DNA of 64,000 nt, taken from NCBI GenBank assembly GCA_032718475.1, contig JAUCBJ010000865.1, forward strand, positions 29,337 to 93,336, given 5' to 3'. The notes beneath the pieces were generated by a model. It was given only the letters and a program-made list of their open reading frames with translations. It did not search any database and had not been told where the DNA came from. Below are positions 14,051 through 22,685 of this stretch, in pieces; the first letter of the stretch is position 1; the number at the start of each line of letters is the position of its first letter. The DNA comes from Nemertoderma westbladi. Its lineage: Eukaryota > Animalia > Xenacoelomorpha. Position numbers and translations under genes: made by a program.

Positions 14051-14531
14051 CCCTATCCATACCGGGGGGGGGGACTTTTGGAGACGCACTTTATTTGATT
14101 GCTTGGTTCAAAGCCAAACTACATTTATTGCAAGTGAAATTCCGTTACTTTTCCTAAAATTTATTATTCTTTATCTTAAAACAAAAATTTATTTTCATAT
14201 TATTATTTATGACCATGAAAATGACTCGTAAACTGACCTGTCTCTGAAACTGTCATATTATTGCTGAACTATTGTAGGAGGGAAATTTAAAATTCAATCA
14301 ATTTAATATCAATTTAAAATCAATTTAAACATAATTATAGTATATAAATATTATATTTGAGTATTAGTGTGTGGCATATTTGGATAGAGGAATAAATTTT
14401 GTATCTAAAACTTTTTACTTTAAAGTAATATCATCACACCACACAAAGTTATATGCTTCCAAACTTTACGTCCCCAAAAGTCCCCCCCCCCCGGTAGTTT
14501 GAGCGTCTAAAATACCCCGGTATGGATAGGG
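14051..14531. mobile_element. piggyBac-type MITE
   Basis: TIR CCCTATCCATACCGGGG flanked by TTAA on both sides. Confidence 0.75.
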
Positions 14532-14939
14532 TTAAGCGATCATCAAAAAATATTAATTCGATTATTAAAATCTATACATTTGATCTTATTTACAATCATA
14601 TTAGATAATTCATAATTATGAATTTATTAAAAATAATAAATTGTAAACTGTTTCTAATCGATTATTCGAAGACAAGAAACCATATATCTATCCAATAATT
14701 TCAGTTTTCTGCAAATTGAGGTAGTGTCGGGTGGTTGGGGTTGGTGGTTTATGTAAATGCAGTTTAATTTTTGACAGTTTAATATTTGTTGTTGGGATGT
14801 TGTTGGTTGTTAGTATAGAATTATATTCCCTAAATGCCGTGGATTTTCAAAATTTTATTTTATTCGAATTAACTTTGTAAAGATTGCTTTGAGTTCTCAT
14901 TAGTATTGGTTCTATCTATTGTGTATCTATCGGTCAAGT

Positions 14940-15026
14940 GGTTCAGTAGCTCAGTTGGTAGAGCGTTGGAAATTATATGTGTAGTAGGTATCGAGTTCGA
15001 ATCCTAGTAAGTGCGAATTATTTTTT
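14940..15026 (+). ncRNA. tRNA-derived Pol III-type cassette in the E1 5' LTR
   Basis: A box TAGCTCAGTTGG, B box GTTCGAATC and a T6 run at 15021-15026. The acceptor and anticodon stems do not pair, so it is not a real tRNA. Confidence 0.65.
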
Positions 15027-15083
15027 GTGCAGAATTTCAACTCATTTAAATTAACCGCTACAAATTAATTGCATTTGTCTGTA

Positions 15084-15369
15084 CCAATAAGGCTGTAGTT
15101 ATTTGATTGTAACCAATGTCGTGCAAGTTATATATTAGCTGGACCAATAAGCTATCTTTAAAACCTTGTTAGAACCCATAGAACAATCGAGAATTTTCTC
15201 GATTGATTGCGGCACAAATTTGCTATATAAAGGTGCGATTTGTTCATTAGTTATCAAAACTTATTCACATCTTATATCTCAATCTTTCACAGATTATCTT
15301 ATCAATATTCTGTCGTGCTTAGTTTATTCTCAGATTACATTGTATTATAATTGTGTCTTCTGTAATAAA
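15084..15369 (+). promoter_or_regulatory. E1 LTR Pol II promoter and poly(A) signal
   Basis: Three CCAAT boxes, TATATAAA at 15224, Inr-like TTAGTT near 15247 and AATAAA at 15364. Confidence 0.6.
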
Positions 15370-16739
15370 GTCAGAATATTCTCTCAGCTTTTCTGTTTTA
15401 CTATGAATTCACTACGGTGAACAAACTCAGGGACAGGATGGCCGGCTAAAGATCGGGCCGCAGCAATGAACGGGAACATCACGGGAATGTAGACGAGAGA
15501 CAACCCGCAATACCATTTAGAGTTATTCGCCCATCGCCTGAAAGGTTAGACAGCGTTCGATCCTTGCTACCTAAGTATAAGACCAAAAGATCAAAAGGTA
15601 GACGTAGTGACACGCTGCAAGCCTAAAATTACATCATAGGGACTGTACTGTCTTGATTCAGGAAAACCCACAGTAGACCTTCACATTCCTACGGGGGAGG
15701 GAGAGAGAGCAGATACTAGTACGCAGATAGGACGTAGGCACACCGGTACAAGGCATACACATTGGTTAGGGTGCAGCAAACTGTACGCTTAACTCTTGCT
15801 AAGTACAGGTGCGTGTGCGACTATTTGCAGTACGACAGTGTCCATTGCATCAGAACTTGTAGGCTAAGGGGGTTGCTGTGTTTTCACCTGAATTGGGATT
15901 GTGCCGTTCAGGCGGTAGGGCAGTTTACGCTAGGCGCAAATAAATTGAGGCTATCAGGGATATACTAACATCTACCGTGTCCCCGCCAACGCCCTGATAG
16001 GAAGTTACCTGGACTACCTGGGTGACTAAAATTCTAGATAGGAGCCAGGATAGCTATTAGTACCCGTACGCCTACAGTAGTAAACTAACACATCTCTTCT
16101 TAGTATCAGGGACCTGGTACCTAAAATTGCCGAATTCTGGGCGTAGTATTAACCTTATGCCTGAATTTGAGTCCTGGAAATACGCAAGAGGGGAAGGAAC
16201 CTTATCATTCGTAAGTATTGGACCTACAAGTTACAAAATTAGAATATTCGTAAAATGCACACCGTACCCAGTAATTATATATGTGAAGGAGCAAAACTGT
16301 TTTGACCGTTCAGAATTAACACACGCGCGTTAGAAATTATTTACACCTCGAAATATATAAAATTAACTTTGTCCGTACTGTGCTTTGCCCGCTAGTTAGA
16401 CATCTCCAAATCTGCTCTATACCTAGCTAGCGTCCCTTTGCCCAACCATATAAATCACACCGCGGCAAAGTATACGAGCCCCTTAGTCCGTCAGTGAGTC
16501 AGCCTGATTTTAGGATTCGCTGCGCGGGATTTTGTTTCATCGAAGTTTGTCTGCTCGTAGACTGTTTTCTGCCTCACTGGTTATAAGAGATCGATACTGC
16601 AATATATTCGCTTACTTAGAGTTTACTGTTTTGGTGAGAAGGTCGGATTTATGATTTGATTTACAAATTTTACAGTAAGATATTGCAGGTATTGTTACCG
16701 TCTCTTCCAATAGTAGGAATAGGCGTATCTCTTCAATTA

Positions 16740-16750
16740 GTAGGAATGTG
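16740..16750 (+). promoter_or_regulatory. E1 primer-binding site (non-tRNA type)
   Basis: GTAGGAATGTG abuts the LTR end and is the exact complement of 15682-15692. Confidence 0.7.
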
Positions 16751-17548
16751 TTTTACTGAACTACGGTTCGGTAGGACTAAAGTTATTTGAAAATTTTGTA
16801 TTTTGAGGTAAAAGTTTGTATTTGATTAGCTAAGTGCTAATTTTTTGAAATAAAATTTGATTTGAACCGCGTGTAAAATATTTTTGGAATTAAATACCGG
16901 TGTTTAAAAGGGTTTAAATACCATATTGTACCGGTACAAAAATTTTCGTAAAGTAAAACCTAACTCTTTTGTTTTTCAGGATTCAGAACTCATTTCTAGA
17001 CTGTAACGGGAGCAAGACCGTGTTTAGCAAGTTTGGGAGATAGATAACTCAACAACTTTGGTTGGGAAAATCGCGTTTCGTCCGCAACGTTAAAAACGGA
17101 AAGGTTCACGTTCGGTTTGTATCTGGGAATCTGTTTTTCTGGAGAATTATTGGAGTGGGTGAGTTCGAAAAGTTGCATAAATAAGTTAGGCATTACCGTA
17201 TTAGTTAAAATTATTGTGGGTTCCACTGTCTCAAGTATTTATGCATTCCGTATGATTTCTTTGTTCATTGCTGAATTAGTCCGTATTATTGTATTTAATT
17301 TACCTTTTGATAACGCATATCGTTATCCGATTTATTTGTTATAAAATTGGCCGCTAGGCTAATTTTATTATATACTTATTCCGTGACATTTATTTGCTGT
17401 AAAATTGGCCGTTTAGGCTAATTTTATCCATCTGCTATAAAATCGGCCGGTAGGCTAATTTTATAAGACTGTAATTAGTACCGTTTAGATATAAATACGG
17501 TAAACTCGATACTTTGACACTCACTTTACTTGACTTACAACTACCGAA

Positions 17549-20500
17549 ATGAGTGACAAACAAGACTATACGAAGAACACACAAACCGACTATGACTCAT
17601 GTGACGCGGATAAGTCAGCAGCGGAAGAACAACAGGGGAAGACTCGCGAGCCTACCGAACCTACACCGTGTGCGTCACCAGTACATCCAACGGGAGTACC
17701 GGATGCCGTAGTACGAGGCGACGGCAGGACCGAGGACTTTCTAACTGTTCCGCAACCTAGATACAGGGAAACGGAAATGGTAAGTTCAGCAGGAAGTACA
17801 GAAAGTGTGGTTAGAAGCGTCGGAGGTTACATGGCGCATATTACCAGGAGTATTGGAGAAGGCCAACGCATATTAGACGGGTTGACCGCTCCGATGTCTC
17901 GATTCGAGTTCTACACCCTCCAGGTTAGAGTACAGAGTAAAGTATATAAGTCCGTAGATAATCTAGTTGGCCTACAAGATCTAGCTAGACAGAGACAGGA
18001 CATGGATACTCAACTTAGAATCCTCGAGAAACTAATGATCACTAGAGAGAAACTGATTCAGTTTAAGTCGACGATTAGACAGATACAACAGGAACAAGCG
18101 GACCAGTTGTTAGGTGAGTCAGTTTCGGACGAATTATTACAACCCGAGGAAGAACAGGAACTGTACCGACTGGATGGACAATTAAAACACCTGACGGACC
18201 ACTTACGTATGTGCGGCGAAGACGTCGGAGATTGGGAAACCGTGCCGGAATATACGAGGGAAACTTCACCCGTACAAATCGAATCAGCACCGGGAATACT
18301 GGACCAATCGTTGGTAAGTATTCGTAGCGAAATCTGCGAGGGAAGTATAGTCACGTCAGAAGTTGCTCGACAACAGCAAGAATTCCACCGACAACGACAA
18401 GAAATGGAAGAACAAGCTCAACTTCTAGTGATGCAGGCAGCAGTAGAGGAAGAGAAGCTACGCGTTGCGAATATAGCAAGAATCTCTCATCTACAGGAAC
18501 AAGCTGAATTAGAAGCAGCTGAAGTAGAAAGGTTAGAAGTAGACATTGCCCGACAAGCGGCAGCGGCAGCGGCCGAGGTAGAGCGACGAGCGGCAGCGGC
18601 CGAATTAGAGCGACAAAACGCAGCGGCCGAGTTGGAGCGACAAACGGCAGCGGCAGCGGCCGAGGTAGAGCGACGAGCGGCAGCGGCCGAGTTGGAGCGA
18701 CAAACGGCAGCGGCAGAATTACAACGAGAAAGGTTAGTTTCGGAGGCGCGGGCCGAAATGAAAACACGACAAATAAAGGCTCAATCCGCTATACGACAAG
18801 CGGAGTTTGAGGCGCAACGACAACAAACGGAACAACGAGAGAAGACAGCTAAACTTCATTTCGAACTCGAGAAGAAGGCGAGAGAATTAGCGAACGCTGA
18901 GGAAGATCTGGATCAAAAGGCCCGCGATAGATCGATGAGATCTCGTGACGGACATGATTTGGACCAGTTAGAGGTAAGACATCGCCAAATTCAGGAACGG
19001 AAGAAGGAAGGAAGCGTAGGAGCACCCGGACGGGAACGACAATTAGTAAAAGACGTGTGTCAACGATTCCCACAGGTAACTCATATGTTTGCACCGGTTA
19101 CGACTAAGGAACCTGTTTCGATTGCGGGTAGTAGTGATATTTCTCCTATCCATGGTGCGACGGAACACAGGTTTGTTATTCCGGACGAGTTTATACCGCC
19201 AAGAGCGACGTCGTCGCCCATTCCGAAAGTCAAGGTAAGTAACCCACCGATTACGGATCGTAGTAGTTTATTGACCGGACCCGCACTACTGACGACAAAA
19301 CAGGTGAGTCCACCTTTGACACCTAAACCCGTAACACATTACGCTTATCCAATGACGTTTCGACCTACAAGGCCCGTTGTTTCAAATGCTGTCATTCGCC
19401 CACCGAACCAGTTTACATCGCAATCTACGACTTCGAGGAAGACTTGTGAGCCTACCGAACAACGGAGAACAGTGGAGACGCGACCACCGAACCAGTTTAC
19501 ATCGCAATCTACGACTTCGAGGAAGACTTGTGAGCCTACCGAACAACGGAGAACAGTGGAGACGCGACCACCGAACCAGTTTACATCGCAATCTACGACT
19601 TCGAGGAAGACTTGTGAGCCTACCGAACAACGGAGAACAGTGGAGACGCGACCACCGAACCAGTTTACATCGCAATCTACGACTTCGAGGAAGACTTGTG
19701 AGCCTACCGAACAACGGAGAACAGTGGAGACGCGACCATTCAACCAGTTTACATCGCAATCTACGACTTCGAGGAAGACTTGTGAGCCTACCGAACAACG
19801 GAGATCAGTGGACGATGTTCCGAAACGGAATGTTAGAATTCGAACGACGCAACGGACGCGAGCACGTCGACCTCCATATCCAGATGATAGTAGTACTTCG
19901 AGCGAATCGGATTACCCGAAACGCGAGGTATTTAGAACAGGGGCGGCTGATGAATATAAACGCGAGCGTTCAGACAACTCCTTTGCAGATAATCCTCCAC
20001 AGAATACACCAACACAGAAGGCGTTACAACCAACGGACGCAATTAGTACACAACAGTTCGCCGACATTCTGCGACCAGTTGTTAATAAGTTGGCTCAGAT
20101 CGAGGAACGTCTGGAGGAAGGTTACACCGACAGTTCGAGAAATTCCGAATTCGAACACAATAGACACCCGAAGGAACCACAAAGACCGGTACCTTCAAAC
20201 CCCATATCGTATCAGGGAAAAGCGCCAAGAAGGGATATCAACCAGTGTACCAACCAAGGACGCGAAACTCTGAACGTTGCCGAGGAGATAGCGAAATTCG
20301 CAGCCAGACAGGGATTGCCGGTACAACAACCACCGAAGTTTTCCGGTAGCTCAAAACACTGGCATACCTTCGTAGACTATATCGAATCCCAGATCGCCGT
20401 GTGCGCCTTTACATCACGGGAGAAGTTCAATTACCTGCTCCAAACGTTGTCAGGAGAACCTAAACGTTTGGCGGAGACCTTCGTTGGTGTACCGGACGCT

Positions 20501-21490
20501 TTCGAACTAGCGTACGATCGTTTGACTTCGATATACGGAGGTACAGTGAGTATGGCCAGGTCAGTAATAGAGGAACTCTGTAAGGGAGGGGCTATCACTA
20601 AACCCGTCGACTTACTAAAACTGGCTGACGAGATTAAGAACGCTATCACTACCTTAAGATCAATTGGACAACTTGATTACGGGAATACCCCTACAGTTCT
20701 ATTAAAGATAATAGGACGACTCCACCATCGACTCCGTCGGGAGTGGAGGAAGGTCGAATACCAGCGAGAGGAGCGAGGGGGATTCCTAAAATTAGAAGAT
20801 GTGTACCTTTTAATATCCAGGGAGGCGGTAGTAGAAACTCGATCTAACTATACCGACCAGCACATCGTGGCAGAAGGGATCACACTGCCATCCTCCAACC
20901 GACAAAAACCCCAGACAACATCCACAAAGACGGCCACTTACGCCACACCGACGGAATCACGACAATTCTCAGACGGTAATAGAGTATCTGCGCCCATTGG
21001 GACGAAACAGACGAGACAGCAACTCAGCACCGACTTCAACGGCTGCCAATACTGCGAACATCTAGGTAAGCGGTATATTGGTCACAAGTTACGAGGTTGT
21101 CGACAATTTCGCGAGTTGAACTCGGAAGAACGACGGCTGCAGATACGGCCACTGGACTCTTGTTGGCGGTGTACGCGACACGGACACGTCCGTAAGGATT
21201 GCCCAAATACCGACACTTGTCCATCCTGTGGACGCAACCACGACGGTCTGCTCCACACAGACAGCCACACGCCGACGAAACGCTTCGCCAGGGAACACCC
21301 GGAAGCAGCAGCGAGATGTGATGCGGCTTACCGAAAACGAGAATCGAAAACGACTCCAACCTTCGTGACCCATATTGAGGATTGCTTCTCAGAACAATCC
21401 GGATCGTCGGACGAAGAATCAGAAGACGACGATGTATATTCCAATGGAGACGAACAACCGTCGATACCTAAAGAGGTGAGGTCTCTATAG
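17549..21490 (+). CDS. gag: E1 Gag (unspliced form)
   Basis: DUF1759-like PPKFSG..W..F motif, three BEL/Pao-type Cys/His knuckles (e.g. CWRCTRHGHVRKDC, CPSCGRNHDGLLH) and an Ala/Glu/Arg helical repeat. The TAG stop lies inside the predicted intron. Confidence 0.9.
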   Translation: MSDKQDYTKNTQTDYDSCDADKSAAEEQQGKTREPTEPTPCASPVHPTGVPDAVVRGDGRTEDFLTVPQPRYRETEMVSSAGSTESVVRSVGGYMAHITRSIGEGQRILDGLTAPMSRFEFYTLQVRVQSKVYKSVDNLVGLQDLARQRQDMDTQLRILEKLMITREKLIQFKSTIRQIQQEQADQLLGESVSDELLQPEEEQELYRLDGQLKHLTDHLRMCGEDVGDWETVPEYTRETSPVQIESAPGILDQSLVSIRSEICEGSIVTSEVARQQQEFHRQRQEMEEQAQLLVMQAAVEEEKLRVANIARISHLQEQAELEAAEVERLEVDIARQAAAAAAEVERRAAAAELERQNAAAELERQTAAAAAEVERRAAAAELERQTAAAELQRERLVSEARAEMKTRQIKAQSAIRQAEFEAQRQQTEQREKTAKLHFELEKKARELANAEEDLDQKARDRSMRSRDGHDLDQLEVRHRQIQERKKEGSVGAPGRERQLVKDVCQRFPQVTHMFAPVTTKEPVSIAGSSDISPIHGATEHRFVIPDEFIPPRATSSPIPKVKVSNPPITDRSSLLTGPALLTTKQVSPPLTPKPVTHYAYPMTFRPTRPVVSNAVIRPPNQFTSQSTTSRKTCEPTEQRRTVETRPPNQFTSQSTTSRKTCEPTEQRRTVETRPPNQFTSQSTTSRKTCEPTEQRRTVETRPPNQFTSQSTTSRKTCEPTEQRRTVETRPFNQFTSQSTTSRKTCEPTEQRRSVDDVPKRNVRIRTTQRTRARRPPYPDDSSTSSESDYPKREVFRTGAADEYKRERSDNSFADNPPQNTPTQKALQPTDAISTQQFADILRPVVNKLAQIEERLEEGYTDSSRNSEFEHNRHPKEPQRPVPSNPISYQGKAPRRDINQCTNQGRETLNVAEEIAKFAARQGLPVQQPPKFSGSSKHWHTFVDYIESQIAVCAFTSREKFNYLLQTLSGEPKRLAETFVGVPDAFELAYDRLTSIYGGTVSMARSVIEELCKGGAITKPVDLLKLADEIKNAITTLRSIGQLDYGNTPTVLLKIIGRLHHRLRREWRKVEYQREERGGFLKLEDVYLLISREAVVETRSNYTDQHIVAEGITLPSSNRQKPQTTSTKTATYATPTESRQFSDGNRVSAPIGTKQTRQQLSTDFNGCQYCEHLGKRYIGHKLRGCRQFRELNSEERRLQIRPLDSCWRCTRHGHVRKDCPNTDTCPSCGRNHDGLLHTDSHTPTKRFAREHPEAAARCDAAYRKRESKTTPTFVTHIEDCFSEQSGSSDEESEDDDVYSNGDEQPSIPKEVRSL
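19400..19812 (+). repeat. 84-bp coding tandem repeat, about 5 copies
   Basis: Encodes PPNQFTSQSTTSRKTCEPTEQRRTVETR; the copies are nearly identical. Confidence 0.95.
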
Positions 21491-22685
21491 GGGTGTCGAC
21501 AGCAGGCGGCGGCGGACTCGTGAGGGTCTGGGGGCACGTTAAATTGTTGTTATAGTGCAAGGGAGTCACTGAAGGCCCTCGTGTCTAACGAACCATGAAT
21601 TGCCATGGTGCCGTGGTATCGCCTAGTCGGCCTGTTGCCGTACTGCCAGTCCTGTACACAGTAGGGGTGGTGGCATGGTGTGATTTGTGGTTCATGTGGC
21701 GTGGACTATGTTTTGTATGTGGGCGATCAGTGGCAGTTTGCTTGGGGCTTGGATGGTTCCATTGACCGTCAGCTGTTCCGTTTTTTTGATACTATATGTT
21801 ATTGTCTCCATGTTCAGCTGATTGGTCTTTGGTGGCATTGGAATAAACCGTCGGGTCTTGAGCTTTCTGTTACTGTGGGTACGTGAGTACACGTGATTGT
21901 ATGTGTGGCCACTGCGAGTGGGTATGGGAACCCTTGCCAGTTGGACAAGACGCCGCTGGTATTAGTAGGACCATACTTTACTGCACCCCAGCATACTTTG
22001 TGCACACAAAGTTATTTTACCCTGTCGGTAAAATAAGGTACTCTCGACTCTTTTCGAGTTTCAGTCGATACAATTTTGTCCCCTCTGATTTTGTCTTTCT
22101 CGATTTTGACCCCGATTTTGTCTTTACCCGATTATGTCATCTGTGTGTGCATGGTATGCGTCAGATTTGTGTTTACCGTAGTGTACTTGATTTCGTGAAC
22201 ATCTGTTGAGTACACGTGTACAGGACGGGTAAGTGGTTACTTGTTCCTAGCTTTCGAGCTAGTCAGTATTGTTGAGGAACGGTGTCCCCTCAATACTGCC
22301 GGCGAGGCAGGTGAAAACGTGTCAAAATTCCAATGTTGGGTAGCACAAGCCCACGTGGGACAAGACCGTCGGTTAGGCCCAAGGGCGACCTTGGTGCTCG
22401 ATCGCTATCGACTGGTCCACCTGCCGGTTGACTCTTTGTTATACTTTGAGTTGGCTCAATGTACAGTCAGGCCACAGTAAGTTGACAGTAGCCGCCCATC
22501 TGGCTACACGTTCGACGAGCTGTGCTGGTGTGATCGGGGGACCGAAAACAGAACCCGGGAAGCATCAGGCCACCCTCCGGCCCGGTCTGATAATAACATC
22601 TGTCGGACTGGCCCCAAGGGTGGTGGAAACACGTCCGCCTCGTGGGTGCGCCTCCGGGAGGAGCCCAGAAGGACGAAAGCGCGCG
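21470..22685 (+). ncRNA. Group I self-splicing intron (IE/IC1-like architecture)
   Basis: P1 with a U.G splice pair, P2.1, P3, P4, P5, P6, P7, P8, P9-P9.2 and a P13-like contact were all traced by hand. The 3' end is less certain than the core. Confidence 0.88.
21600..22010 (-). pseudogene. Possible decayed His-Cys box homing endonuclease
   Basis: Fragments in minus-strand order: VCWGAVKYGPTNTSG, FPYPLAVA, CHQ...HIV...N.R and PHEP...CHHPYC, interrupted by stops. It lies in the large peripheral insertion of the intron. Confidence 0.4.

Larger units (their letters stand above)
14814..16739 (+). repeat. E1 5' LTR
   Basis: Direct repeat of 32858-34783; only two substitutions noticed by eye. Confidence 0.95.

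Noticed and set aside
14940-15012. Functional tRNA gene
   Set aside because: Acceptor and anticodon stems cannot form.
15166-16333. Short ORFs duplicated at 33210-34377
   Set aside because: They have non-ATG starts and no motifs, and are duplicated only because they lie in the LTRs.
19400-19812. CRISPR-like array
   Set aside because: The units are head-to-tail identical without spacers, in-frame in gag, in a eukaryotic context.
22545-22560. RNase P-like ACAGAACCCGG motif
   Set aside because: No partner GAGGAAAGUCC strand is present; the motif is part of the intron P9.1 region.
22457-22570. Lariat-capping (GIR1-like) ribozyme, suggested by CAAUGUACAGUC and GGAAG|CAUC
   Set aside because: The resemblance is from memory only. 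The CAUC lies within the P9.1 stem, a regular P1/P2.1/P13 is present, and no AUG follows to start the protease.
22428-22685. N-terminal 86 aa of the 1713-aa Pol ORF
   Set aside because: It starts at a TTG inside ribozyme P8 and is stop-free intron sequence rather than likely protein.
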